From an uncultured delta proteobacterium (lineage in GTDB: Bacteria > Myxococcota > Myxococcia > SLRQ01), in the NCBI GenBank assembly GCA_963727485.1, contig CAVSGM010000011.1, positions 1 to 64,000 on the forward strand: 64,000 bases of DNA, given 5' to 3'. The translations under genes were made by a program, and so were the position numbers. This document shows, one piece after another, positions 9,398 to 19,166 of the stretch. Below the pieces are notes generated by a model. That model ran no database searches, was not told the origin of the DNA, and worked only from the letters and a program-made list of their open reading frames with translations. The first letter of the stretch is position 1. Every line of letters begins with the position of its first letter.

Positions 9398-11488
9398 TCA
9401 GGCCACCCACCCGTGGCGCGTGGGCACGGAAGTCCAGCCGCAGCACCTACGCCAAGTCGTTGGGCGACCAGCGCCCCTGAGCACTTGGCTTCCTACCAAA
9501 TGCCCGCGGTCACGTGACACCTCGCCTACGGGTTGCTCGTGGGATTCTGAAGCCACCCTGTCGGTCGCGCCCGAGTCCGAGCGCTGCGTGCCATCGGCGC
9601 GGCGGGCCTGGCCGCGCTGGTCGATCAGATCGCCGTCGAGATCCGTCAGAGACACCAGATTGAGCGCGGGGCTGCCGGGCAACGGCACCAGGGTGTCGGT
9701 GGGCCCGCCATGATCGCCCAGCGCCGAGAGCATGGGGTCGGCCACCGAGGTGAGATCGGTGCTCACCGGCCTGAGCCCCGAGGAGTACCCGAAGATCGAG
9801 CCGAGCACGTTGTTCCCATGGTCGTTCACGGCCATCGGGATACCGGGAACGCTGTCGACGACCAGATCCGCGTTTGTACTGCCGATGTTGCCCGCGATCA
9901 CGTTCCGGGCGAGGTCGAACGTGGTCGTGGTGGGTGTCATTGACGAAGTGTTCACGACATCGACCGCCCCACCACCGCAGAGCGCTCCGCAGATGTTGCC
10001 GGTCACGGTGCAGCCGGTGAGCACCAGCGCGCCCGCATCCACGGCCATGGCCGCCCCAAATGTGGCCCCCGGCCCGCCCACGCTATTGGCGGTGAAGGTG
10101 GAGTCGCGTGCGGTGAACGACGGGACCCCGGAGGCAGGTTGGTCGGAGGTCACCGCGCCACCGCCGGTGTTGCAATTCGATCCGCAGTTGGCCACGTTGC
10201 CGCTGAACAAGCTTCGATCCACCACCGTGGCGCCCTGGTTGGCGATGGCCGCGCCCCTCGCTGCGCTGTTGTCGAGGAAGGCGCAATCGGCCACGTGGAG
10301 CGTGCCGTTGCCAGCCACCTGGATGGCCTGCTTGGCGTGGGTGAAGGTGAGCCCGCTCACGGTGAGCGTCGCGCCCGCGCCCACGCTGAAGATGGCGCTC
10401 GAATCATTTCCGGTCACCGAGAGCACGCGTGCGCCTGGCCCTTGCACGAACAGAGCCTTCGAGACCGCGATGGTCCCGGAGGTGAGCACGATGGGCCCGG
10501 TCACGCTGGGATCGAACGAAATGAAGCCGTCGTTCTGCGCGGCGGCGATGGTGCCTCGCAGGCTCCCGGGTCCGGTGTCGTTGGCGTTGGTCACCGTGTA
10601 CGGAACCGCGAACAGAAACGACGTGCTGGCGGTGTCGCCAAAGGCGTCGACCACGGTGAGCGTCACCGTCGACGTGCCCGGGATCGTCGGGGCGGTGACG
10701 GTGAGCGTGCGGTTCGCGCCGGCGCCGCCCAGCACCAGCGAAGCGGGCGGCAGATAGTCGGGAGCGCTCGACGAAGCGCTCACGCTCAGCGCGGCGGGCG
10801 GGTTGGGCACATCGTCCACGGTGAACGGGATCACCACCGAGCTACCCTCGGCAACGACCTGATCGGCGACGGAGCCGATGTTCAGCGAGGCATCCGATCC
10901 GTAGTAGGTGACCTCCACGCTCGCCGAGTCGCCCCCGGTCAGCGTCACCGGCGAGGTGTGCACGAGGGGGAAGAAGACCACGCCGGCTTCAGCGATCGAC
11001 GAGGCGGTCACGTGGTAATCGCCCGGCGCGAGCTCGGTGAGCGTTTGCGTGCTCGCGAGCGTGGCCACCGGGCCCATGGGTCCGAACACCTTGACTTGCG
11101 GCGCGCTCGGGAGGTCGCCATCGAGGGTGATGGTCAGGCTCGCGCCTTCGACCTCTTTCACCTCGACACTGGCGGTGGCGGTTCCGCCGGGGCCGGTCAC
11201 GGTGAGGGTGTATGTGGTGGAGGCGGTCGGCGAGACCGAGATCCCCACCCCGCTCTGCACCTCGCCCACGCCTTGGTCGACCTTGCCGGTGCCGCCCACG
11301 AAGTACCCGGTGAGCGTGGTGCTCTGACCGGCGACCACGCTGGGCATGGCCGCCACGAAGCCCAGGATCTGCGGTGCTTTCGAGCCCGTGGAACCGGTCG
11401 ATCCCGTCGTCGGAGTCGACGGTGCATTGCCTCCGCTACATCCAGCGCCCACCCAGGCCATCGCGCCGAGCAGCATCGCGAATCGCAT
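9398..11488 (-). CDS. Large lipoprotein: Ig-like domains, beta-helix repeats, choice-of-anchor Q-like C-terminus
   Basis: Lipobox VGAGC; VTNANDTGPGSLR; GAAIAN/GGGAV repeats; LGDHGGPTDTLVPLPGSPALN...DQRG; start may be 11509. Confidence 0.75.
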   Translation of the reverse strand: MRFAMLLGAMAWVGAGCSGGNAPSTPTTGSTGSTGSKAPQILGFVAAMPSVVAGQSTTLTGYFVGGTGKVDQGVGEVQSGVGISVSPTASTTYTLTVTGPGGTATASVEVKEVEGASLTITLDGDLPSAPQVKVFGPMGPVATLASTQTLTELAPGDYHVTASSIAEAGVVFFPLVHTSPVTLTGGDSASVEVTYYGSDASLNIGSVADQVVAEGSSVVIPFTVDDVPNPPAALSVSASSSAPDYLPPASLVLGGAGANRTLTVTAPTIPGTSTVTLTVVDAFGDTASTSFLFAVPYTVTNANDTGPGSLRGTIAAAQNDGFISFDPSVTGPIVLTSGTIAVSKALFVQGPGARVLSVTGNDSSAIFSVGAGATLTVSGLTFTHAKQAIQVAGNGTLHVADCAFLDNSAARGAAIANQGATVVDRSLFSGNVANCGSNCNTGGGAVTSDQPASGVPSFTARDSTFTANSVGGPGATFGAAMAVDAGALVLTGCTVTGNICGALCGGGAVDVVNTSSMTPTTTTFDLARNVIAGNIGSTNADLVVDSVPGIPMAVNDHGNNVLGSIFGYSSGLRPVSTDLTSVADPMLSALGDHGGPTDTLVPLPGSPALNLVSLTDLDGDLIDQRGQARRADGTQRSDSGATDRVASESHEQPVGEVSRDRGHLVGSQVLRGAGRPTTWRRCCGWTSVPTRHGWVA

Positions 11489-11717
11489 TCGAGAGAGATG
11501 AAGGTGCATGCGTTCGTATACCAAGTAACGTTTGGCCACGCGAACGCTTGAATCCCCGTCCCGGCCCGAAGGAGATGCGCCGCCCCCCGAGCGGCAGGCA
11601 CGCCGCCAGACCTCGAACGCGAGGCTACCGAAGGGCTACCCCGGGCTACAGCCGCTGGCCCCGGCGTGGGCTCTGGCCGAACGCCCTGGCGTCAGCGGCT
11701 GCCACGCGGCGATGGAT

Positions 11718-12506
11718 TTACGCCTTCTGCGGCGTCCTCGCCGAGCGCGCGAGATAGACCCCGTTTACCGCGGCCGTTTCCTGAAGCGGGTTGGGAAACT
11801 CGATGCGGTGGCCCTCGGCCTCGCCGAACACCTCGCGGAGCACCTCCAGGAACCCGTCCTCGGGCGCGTCGTTGGACCAGAGCGCGAACACGCCCCCGGG
11901 CTTCAGGAACCGCTGGAGCCGGCGCAGCCCCTCGGGCGTGTAGAGGTCGGCGTGGGCCGGGCTGAGCACGTCGGTCGGCGTGTGGTCGATGTCGAGGAGC
12001 ACCGCGTCGAAGCGCCGCCCGGGCTGCTCGGGATCGAAGCCGTCCGTGCGCGCCAGCTCGAAGAAGTCGCCCTTCAGGTAGGTGCAGCGCGCGTCGCCGG
12101 TGAGCCGCTCCCCGTTGGGGACCAGGCCCTGGCGGTGCCAGTCGATCACCGGCTCGAGGTACTCGACCACGGTGAGCTGCGAGACCCCCGGGTGATCGAG
12201 CACGGCGGCGGCGGTGTACCCGAGGCCGAGCCCGCCGACGACCACCTCCAGGCCCGCCGTGGACGAGCCGCCCGAGCCCACCCCGACGCCCGAGCGGCCT
12301 GAACCGGCCCCGCCCCCGAGCGCCCCGAGCCCGAGGGTCGCCAGCTGCACCTCGGACTCGTGGAACAGGCTCGACATGAGGTACGCGTCCCCGAGGCGCA
12401 CCTCGTAGGCCACCGTCCCGCCGAGCGCCAGGAACCGCCGGCGCTGGAGCACCAGCTCGCCCATCGGCGTCTCGCGGTAGTCGAGCTCCTCGAGCAGCTT
12501 CTCCAT
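11718..12506 (-). CDS. Spermidine synthase-like SAM-dependent protein
   Basis: EELDYRETPMGELVL; LMSSLF; VVVGGLGLGYTA; FDAVLLDIDHTP; LKPGGVFALWS. Confidence 0.85.
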   Translation of the reverse strand: MEKLLEELDYRETPMGELVLQRRRFLALGGTVAYEVRLGDAYLMSSLFHESEVQLATLGLGALGGGAGSGRSGVGVGSGGSSTAGLEVVVGGLGLGYTAAAVLDHPGVSQLTVVEYLEPVIDWHRQGLVPNGERLTGDARCTYLKGDFFELARTDGFDPEQPGRRFDAVLLDIDHTPTDVLSPAHADLYTPEGLRRLQRFLKPGGVFALWSNDAPEDGFLEVLREVFGEAEGHRIEFPNPLQETAAVNGVYLARSARTPQKA

Positions 12507-12645
12507 GTCGCGGCCTCCGGGTTGGTCGAGCACGCCTCGCCGAGAGGGTGCGCCAAGGGCCCGGGGGACACAAGCTGGATCCCGTCGCGCCGCAGCCGGT
12601 CTCCCGGACGGCCCCCGGACCCGGTACACTGCCGCCACCGTGCCC

Positions 12646-13056
12646 ATGGATCCCCGACTCAACTTCGTCACCCTCGTCGTCGCCGACCTCGATCGCGCGC
12701 GTCGCTTCTACCTCGACGGCCTCGGCTGGGCCGCGGCCCTCGACGTGCCCGGCGAGGTGGTGATGATCCACGTGGGGCACAAGCTCGTCCTCTCGCTGTG
12801 GGCGGAGGCCGCGGCGCGCGGCGAGCTCGGTCCGGTGACCCGCGGCGGGACGCTGCCGTTCACCCTGGCCCACAACGTCGCCTCGCCCGAGGAGGTCGAC
12901 GCGGTGCTCGCCACCGCTCGCGCCGCCGGCGCCACCGTCCACGGGCCCGAGGCGCGCGACTGGGGCGGCTACAGCGGCTACTTCACCGACCCCGACGGCT
13001 TCCGGTGGGAGGTCGCCCACAACCCGCACCCCATCGGGGACGTCACCCTGCCCTAG
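12646..13056 (+). CDS. VOC/glyoxalase family protein
   Basis: MDPRLNFVTLVVADL; WGGYSGYFTDPDGFRWEVAHNP. Confidence 0.9.
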   Translation: MDPRLNFVTLVVADLDRARRFYLDGLGWAAALDVPGEVVMIHVGHKLVLSLWAEAAARGELGPVTRGGTLPFTLAHNVASPEEVDAVLATARAAGATVHGPEARDWGGYSGYFTDPDGFRWEVAHNPHPIGDVTLP

Positions 13057-13088
13057 GGTGCGGCCGGGCCCCGGGCGTCGCCACCCCC

Positions 13089-15275
13089 ATGTCCCGCTCC
13101 CTGGCCACCGTCCCCCTGGCGCGCAAGGTCCGGGCGCTGTCCGGTGCCCTGCCGTTCTGGCGCGGGCTCTACGCCATCCTCCGCTCGGACTACTACCACC
13201 GGCATCCGTTCCGGACGCCGGCCGTCCCCGAGCTCGGCCTCCCGGGGCTCGCCTTCTCCGACGGCCCGCGGGGCGTGGTCCTCGCCGGCGGCGCCACCAC
13301 CTTCCCGGTGCCCATGGCCCGGGGCGCCACCTGGGACCCCGAGCTGGAGACGCGCATCGGCGAGGCCATGGGCCGGGAGCTGCGCGCCCTGGGGGCCAAC
13401 CTCTTGGGCGCGGTGTGCGTGAACCTCCTGCGCCACCCGGCGTGGGGGCGCGCCCAGGAGACCTACGGCGAGGACCCGGTGCACGTGGGCGCCCTGGGCG
13501 CGGCGCTGGTCCGGGGCATCGAGCGCCACGCGCTCGCCTGCGTGAAGCACTTCGCCGCCAACTCCATGGAGAACGCCCGGTTCGTGGTCGACGTCGAGGT
13601 GTCTCCCCGCGCCCTCCACGAGGTCTACCTCCCGCAGTTCAAGGCCTGCGTCGACGCCGGGGCCTCGGCGGTGATGAGCGCCTACAACTCGGTCAACGGC
13701 GCGTGGTGCGGTCAGAACCGGGCGCTGCTCACCGAGGTGCTCCGGGACCGCTGGGGCTTCGACGGCGTCGTCCTCACCGACTTCGTGTTCGGGGTGCGCG
13801 ACGCCCGCGCGGCCCTGGCCGCCGGCCTCGACCTGGAGATGCCCTTTCGCATGGTCTTCGGCGACGCGCTGGTCGAGCTGGTGCGCCAAGGCGAGGTCGA
13901 CGCCGCGCTGGTGGACCGGGCCCTCGAGCGCCTCGCGCGGGTGCAGCGGCGCCTCCCGCCGGCCACCGGCTACGGCCCGGCGGACCTCGGCCGCGCCGAC
14001 CACCAGGCCCTGGCGCGGGAGGCGGCGCGCGAGGCCATCGTCCTCCTCAAGAACGACGGGGCGCTCCTGCCCTTGGGCCCCGGGAAGACCCTGGTGGTCG
14101 TCGGCCGCCTCGCCGACACCCCGAACCTCGGCGACCGGGGCTCCTCCGACACGCGGCCGGACCACGTGGTGACCCCGCTCGCGGGCCTGCGCGCGCGGTT
14201 CGGCGACCGGGTGACCTTCGTGCCCGACCTCCAGGCCCCCGGCGCCGCCGAGCAGGTCCGCGCGGCGGACGCGGTGCTCGCGGTGGTCGGCTACACCGAG
14301 GCCGACGAGGGCGAGCACGTCCAGCCCCCGGACATCACCCCGTTCCTCGGGCTCTTCCCGCCGCCCCTGCGCCTGCCCGGCGTGCTCCGGCGCCTCTGGC
14401 GCTGGCTCATGGCGAAGGTCGCGCCCCGCATCGCCCGGCGCGTCGCCCGGGATCGGCGCGCCTTCGGCAAGGGCGGCGATCGGGCGCGCCTCACCCTGCG
14501 CCCGGCCGACGAGGCCCTCATCCTCGCCGCCGCGGACCTCAACCCGAACCTGGCGGTTGCGGTCATGGGCGGCAGCGCCATCCTCATGGAGGCCTGGAAG
14601 GCCCGGGCCCGGGCGATCCTCATGCTCTGGTACCCGGGGATGGAGGGCGGCCACGCCCTGGCCGACGTGGTCTCCGGCGACCACGCCCCCAGCGGCCGGC
14701 TCCCGTTCACCATCCCCACCTCGCCGGACCACCTGCCGCCCTTCGATCGCGACGCCACCTCGGCGCGCTACGACCTCTGGCACGGCTACCGGCTCCTCGA
14801 TTGGGACGGCCACGCGCCGGCCTTTCCCTTCGGCCACGGGCTGTCCTACGTGGACTTCGCCTACGGCGCGCCGGCGGTCGAGCCCGCGGCCATCGGGCCC
14901 GATGGCGCCGCCACCGTGACCGTCCCGGTGACCAACCTCGGAGCCATGGAAGCCGACGAGGTGGTGCAGCTCTACGTCGAGCCGCCGGCGGGAGCGGTCG
15001 AGCGCCCGGGCCGGGTCCTCGCCGCCTTCGCCCGACTGCGCCTGGCGCCCGGCGCCACCGGGGACGCGACCCTCCAGGTCCCGGCCTCGGCGCTGGCGGT
15101 CTTCGACGAGGCCGCGGACGCCCTGGTGGCGTACCCTGGCGTGTACCGCCTCCTCGTCGCCCGGAACGTCCGCGACCCGGACGCCCGTGTCGCAAAGCTC
15201 ACCGTCACCCGAGCACCGCTGACCCAACCACCCACCCAGGGGGAACCATGGAGATCCCCTATCTCGAGCTCGTGA
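13089..15275 (+). CDS. Glycoside hydrolase family 3 beta-glucosidase
   Basis: FSDGPRGV; RHPAWGRAQETYGEDP; KHFAANS; VMSAYN; GFDGVVLTDF; FPFGHGLSY; Fn3-like tail. Confidence 0.93.
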   Translation: MSRSLATVPLARKVRALSGALPFWRGLYAILRSDYYHRHPFRTPAVPELGLPGLAFSDGPRGVVLAGGATTFPVPMARGATWDPELETRIGEAMGRELRALGANLLGAVCVNLLRHPAWGRAQETYGEDPVHVGALGAALVRGIERHALACVKHFAANSMENARFVVDVEVSPRALHEVYLPQFKACVDAGASAVMSAYNSVNGAWCGQNRALLTEVLRDRWGFDGVVLTDFVFGVRDARAALAAGLDLEMPFRMVFGDALVELVRQGEVDAALVDRALERLARVQRRLPPATGYGPADLGRADHQALAREAAREAIVLLKNDGALLPLGPGKTLVVVGRLADTPNLGDRGSSDTRPDHVVTPLAGLRARFGDRVTFVPDLQAPGAAEQVRAADAVLAVVGYTEADEGEHVQPPDITPFLGLFPPPLRLPGVLRRLWRWLMAKVAPRIARRVARDRRAFGKGGDRARLTLRPADEALILAAADLNPNLAVAVMGGSAILMEAWKARARAILMLWYPGMEGGHALADVVSGDHAPSGRLPFTIPTSPDHLPPFDRDATSARYDLWHGYRLLDWDGHAPAFPFGHGLSYVDFAYGAPAVEPAAIGPDGAATVTVPVTNLGAMEADEVVQLYVEPPAGAVERPGRVLAAFARLRLAPGATGDATLQVPASALAVFDEAADALVAYPGVYRLLVARNVRDPDARVAKLTVTRAPLTQPPTQGEPWRSPISSS

Positions 15276-15442
15276 CACCCGACGTCGACGCCGTCTGCGC
15301 CACCTACGCCGCGGCCCTCGGCGTCGCCTTCGGCGACCCGGTCCCCGAGCTGGGCAACGCGCGCACCGCCGAGCTCCCGGGCCAGGGCACCATCGCCATC
15401 CACCTCCAGGGCGGCCTCGAGCTCGGCCTCTGGCAGCGGTAG
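15248..15442 (+). pseudogene. VOC-family protein with internal deletion
   Basis: 64 aa: YLELVTPDVDAVC...LGNARTAELPG joined directly to QGTIAIHLQGGLELGLWQR; the middle of the fold appears absent. Confidence 0.55.
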
Positions 15443-15467
15443 GGCCCTCGTCCCGGCGCACCGGCGG

Positions 15468-15968
15468 TCACAACGTCGGCGGCGCCTGCGCCTGCCCCCG
15501 CGCCTTCCTCGGCGTCTGCTCCGCGGGCCGCGGCCTGCAGATCGACGCCAGGGTCCGGGTGACCTCCCGCTCGAGGCCGTTCTTCTGCCCGGTCGCCGTG
15601 GCGTGGCGCGCGAGGTCGGCGAGCGAGAGCAGGCCCACCGGCCGGTTGTCGCCGTCGACCACCGGCACCCGGCGGATCTGCTTGTCGCTCATCAGGAGCT
15701 CGGCGGCGCCCACCGAGTCGCCCGCCTCGCAGGCGTAGACCTGCTTGGCCATGGCGTGGGCCACCGGGATCGCCGAGAGCGCGCTCCCCCGGGTCAGCGC
15801 CGCCATGCAGATGTCCCGGTCGGTGACCAGGCCGACGAGCTGGCCGCCGTCGTCCACCACCGGGACCGCGCCGCAGTCCTGCTCCCACATGATCTGCGCC
15901 GCGGTGTTCAAGGTGTCGCCGGGCCGACAGGTGACCGCCGGCCGGGTCATGATCTCCTGGACGTTCAT
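15468..15968 (-). CDS. CBS domain protein
   Basis: DCGAVPVV; GLVTDRDI; QIRRVPVV; GLLSLADL. Confidence 0.92.
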   Translation of the reverse strand: MNVQEIMTRPAVTCRPGDTLNTAAQIMWEQDCGAVPVVDDGGQLVGLVTDRDICMAALTRGSALSAIPVAHAMAKQVYACEAGDSVGAAELLMSDKQIRRVPVVDGDNRPVGLLSLADLARHATATGQKNGLEREVTRTLASICRPRPAEQTPRKARGQAQAPPTL

Positions 15969-16106
15969 GGGTAGTCCCCCTGTTGGGCCAAGGGCCCTAC
16001 GCCCGCGCGCTCCGTGCCCGCGGGCGACGGCTGCACGCTAGGGACCGCGGGCGACCGGCGCGACCACCGCCTTGCCCATCCCCGGCGACTCCCATACACC
16101 GGCCCC

Positions 16107-16484
16107 ATGGCCGAGTCTCCCCGCCGCGGCACCGGCAGCGCCCTCCTGATCCCGCTCCTCGTCGGCCTCGTCGTCGACGGCTACGGGCTCTTCCTCGCCT
16201 TCGCCCTCTCCGTCGGGTCCAACGAGGTCGGCGCCTACGTCCGCGGCTGGGGGCTGTTCTTCCTGGTGCTCCTCGTCGCCGGCCCGATCCTCTCCGCCGT
16301 CACCTGGGCCAGGCGCCGCAGCCGACTCGGGGTGGTGGCGGGGATGCTCCTCGCCTGCGTGCCCTTCGCCGTCTTCGGCGTCGCCTCGGCGCGGGTGCAC
16401 CCGGACTACTGGCTCCAGGTGGTGCTGGTCCTGGCGTTCATCGGCGGCGCCACCGCGCTGCTCCTGTGGCAGATCACCCGGTGA
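16107..16484 (+). CDS. Hypothetical membrane protein (about 4 TM)
   Basis: Four hydrophobic segments, GC3-biased codons. Confidence 0.6.
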   Translation: MAESPRRGTGSALLIPLLVGLVVDGYGLFLAFALSVGSNEVGAYVRGWGLFFLVLLVAGPILSAVTWARRRSRLGVVAGMLLACVPFAVFGVASARVHPDYWLQVVLVLAFIGGATALLLWQITR

Positions 16485-17208
16485 GCCTCGGCCACACGGG
16501 CCGAAGGGCCGGCCGGTGCGCCGCGCCTACTTCGCCGCCACCGCGTCCGCAGTCCGCCGGGTCCACCCGATCCACCCCGGCCCCCGGCGGCTCCCCGAGG
16601 AACTCCACCCACTGGCGCTTGATGCAGGGGTAGTGGCGCGCCGCCTCGGCGAGCTCCAAGAACCCCCCGATGGTCTTCTCGAAGCGCGCCTGGAGCGCCT
16701 CGTCGGCGATGCGTCCGTCGTCGAAGGCCTTGTGGGCCATGGCGAGCGAGAACATCTCGGGGAAGATGCGGGTGCCGAGGTGCTCGAGCGGCATCCGCAG
16801 CACCCACAGGCCCCGGTTGCCCCCGGCGAGCGACGGCGACGCCGAGAGGAGCAGCCCGTGGCGCCCGTTGAACGGCTGGGGCCGGAAGCGCGAGGTCCAG
16901 TCGATGAGGTTCTTGATGGTCCCGGGCATCGACCCGTTGTACTCGGGCGAGGCGAGGATGAAGGCGTCGTTGTCCAGGAGGCGCTTCCGGAAGGCGTCGG
17001 CGCCGGCGGGGATCCCCTCACCCGCCTCGAGGTCCCCGTCGTAGAGCGGCACGTCGAACTCGCGCATCGACGCCCGGTCGACCACCGCGCCCTGGCGCTC
17101 GGCGACGGTGGCCGCCAGCTCGGCCAGCTTGTGGTCGAGGGACTCGGCGCGCAGGGAGGCGGCGAAGACCAGGACCTTCAGCTTCGGGGTCGCGGTGGGC
17201 GTGGACAT
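16474..17208 (-). CDS. NADPH-dependent FMN reductase
   Basis: VFAASLRAES; ILASPEYNGSMPGTIKNLIDWTSR; GGNRGLW. Confidence 0.9.
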   Translation of the reverse strand: MSTPTATPKLKVLVFAASLRAESLDHKLAELAATVAERQGAVVDRASMREFDVPLYDGDLEAGEGIPAGADAFRKRLLDNDAFILASPEYNGSMPGTIKNLIDWTSRFRPQPFNGRHGLLLSASPSLAGGNRGLWVLRMPLEHLGTRIFPEMFSLAMAHKAFDDGRIADEALQARFEKTIGGFLELAEAARHYPCIKRQWVEFLGEPPGAGVDRVDPADCGRGGGEVGAAHRPALRPVWPRLTG

Positions 17209-17358
17209 GGGGGCACTCTAGTCATGCACGAACGACCCCTGCCAGTCGAGGCCTGATCGTCCAGCGGGCATCAGCGAGCGCATCGCCTACAGGTGGCCGC
17301 GGCGGCACCGGGAAGAAGGCCACTCGGGCGGCGCGGGTCGCGCTCCCGAGTGCGGGGG

Positions 17359-18189
17359 TCAGGCCGCCGTGTCGGACCCGCAGCACCCGGACCCGCAGCC
17401 GCACCCGCCACCGGGCTTCACCGCCTCGATGGTGGCGGACACCACGTGGTCCTCCACCCCCGAGCCGGGGATCCAGTCGCGGATGAACTCGCGGCTCTCG
17501 GGCTTCACCACGACCTGGAGGTCCTCGAAGCCGACCTCGGCGAGGAGGGACTCGAGGGTCGACACCTCGGTGGCGCCGGAGACGCACCCGGTCAGGGCCT
17601 CCACGTCGGCCTTGAGGGCCTCGGGGAGGGCGCCGGTGAGCACCACGTCGGAGATGGCCAGGCGCCCCCCGGCCTTCAGCACCCGGAAGGCGTCGCGGAA
17701 GACCGCCGCCTTGTCCGGCGAGAGGTTGATGACGCAGTTGGAGAGGATGACGTCGACGGTGTCGTCGGCCACCGGCAGGTGCTCGATCTCCCCGAGGCGG
17801 AAGTCGACGTTGGCGGCGCCGAGCTTCGCCGCGTTGGCCCGGGCCTTGGAGACCATGTCCGGGGTCATGTCGACGCCGATGACCTGGCCGGACGCGCCCA
17901 CCTGCTCGGCGGCGAGGAAGCAGTCGAAGCCGCCGCCGGCGCCGAGGTCGAGGACGGTCTCGCCGGCGCGCAGGGCGGCGATGGCCTGGGGGTTCCCGCA
18001 GCCGAGGCCCAGGTTGGCGCCCTCGGGGACCGCCGCGAGGTCCTCCGCCGAGTAGCCCAGCGCCAGGCTGGCGTCGGCCCCGGGGCCGCAGGCGCCGCCG
18101 CCGCAGCAGCCGCCGCCGGTGCCGCGGGCGATGTTTCCGTACTCCTCGCGCACGGCGGCGCGGATCTCGTCGTGGGTGGGCTCGCTCAT
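17359..18189 (-). CDS. arsM: Arsenite methyltransferase
   Basis: NLGLGCGNP; VLDLGAGGGFDC; SNCVINLSPDK; GCVSGA; Cys-rich termini. Confidence 0.92.
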   Translation of the reverse strand: MSEPTHDEIRAAVREEYGNIARGTGGGCCGGGACGPGADASLALGYSAEDLAAVPEGANLGLGCGNPQAIAALRAGETVLDLGAGGGFDCFLAAEQVGASGQVIGVDMTPDMVSKARANAAKLGAANVDFRLGEIEHLPVADDTVDVILSNCVINLSPDKAAVFRDAFRVLKAGGRLAISDVVLTGALPEALKADVEALTGCVSGATEVSTLESLLAEVGFEDLQVVVKPESREFIRDWIPGSGVEDHVVSATIEAVKPGGGCGCGSGCCGSDTAA

Positions 18190-18338
18190 GGTGCAGGTCT
18201 CCTGAAGTGACGAAATAGGGGACACAGCCCTTCCGGTGCAAGGGGGGGTCTACCGCCTTGCGCCAAGGCAGCACGGATGGATACCCACTGGCAGGCCCGG
18301 GCCGCAGGCGGCGCGAGACACTCGAGGGGGACGCGGAC

Positions 18339-19082
18339 ATGTCCACGCAGCAGACCGTTCTCGTGCTCGGCGGCACCGGACGCACGGGCGGTCGGGTGCT
18401 GCAGCAGCTCCTGGACCGCGGCGTCGCCGTGCGCGCCATCGTGCGTTCGGCCGAGAAGCTTCCGGCTGGCGTCACCGGCCACCCCAACCTGGCCGTGATC
18501 GCGGCCAGCCTGCTCTCGCTTGGCGACGAGGACCTTCAGCGGCACCTGCGCGGCTGCGATGCGGTGATCTCCTGCCTGGGTCACAACCTCAGTTTCAAGG
18601 GCATGTACGGCTCGCCCCGCGACCTCGTCACCCGCGCGGCGACGCGCATCTGCCAGGGTATCGAAGCGCTGCAGCCGGCCGCGCCGGTCAAGCTCGTCCT
18701 CATGAGCAGCGTCTCGGTGAATCGCCCGGACGGGCTCGACACCCGCCGGGGCGCCCTCGAACGGGCCTTTCTCTGGGGGCTGCGCGGCGTGCTTCCGCCG
18801 GCTCGGGACAACCAGCGGGCTGCGGACTTCCTGCTCGACGGGAGCGGGCCGAGTCACGCGCTCGTCGAGTGGGTGGCGGTCAGGCCGGACTCGCTCGTGG
18901 AAGGCGACGTCTCGGAGCACGCGGTGCACCAGGGCCTGGTGGACAGCCTCTTCGCGCCGGGTCACACCAACATGGCCAACGTCGCGCACTTCATGTGCGA
19001 GCTGGTGACGAGCCCAAAGACCTGGGCCGAGTGGAAGGGCAAGCTGCCGGTCATCGTCAACGCCGCGGCGACGCCGGCCTGA
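18339..19082 (+). CDS. NAD(P)-binding oxidoreductase (BVR-B-like SDR)
   Basis: VLVLGGTGRTGG; CDAVISCLGH; EWVAVRPDSL. Confidence 0.85.
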   Translation: MSTQQTVLVLGGTGRTGGRVLQQLLDRGVAVRAIVRSAEKLPAGVTGHPNLAVIAASLLSLGDEDLQRHLRGCDAVISCLGHNLSFKGMYGSPRDLVTRAATRICQGIEALQPAAPVKLVLMSSVSVNRPDGLDTRRGALERAFLWGLRGVLPPARDNQRAADFLLDGSGPSHALVEWVAVRPDSLVEGDVSEHAVHQGLVDSLFAPGHTNMANVAHFMCELVTSPKTWAEWKGKLPVIVNAAATPA

Positions 19083-19108
19083 GTGGACCGCCCCCGGCCC
19101 TTGACGCG

Positions 19109-19145
19109 CAGGCCCGGCCCCGGATGGTCCCCGGTGCCGGGCCTG
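19109..19145. terminator. GC-rich hairpin between convergent genes
   Basis: CAGGCCCGGC...GCCGGGCCTG; related to the hairpin at 21338-21391. Confidence 0.5.
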
Positions 19146-19166
19146 GCCGCCCCTCCGCGCGACCGT

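Noticed and set aside
1..9500. Mass pseudogenisation or programmed frameshifting
   Set aside because: Motifs are intact across frames, there are almost no nonsense substitutions and no slippery-site pattern; more consistent with low-coverage consensus error.
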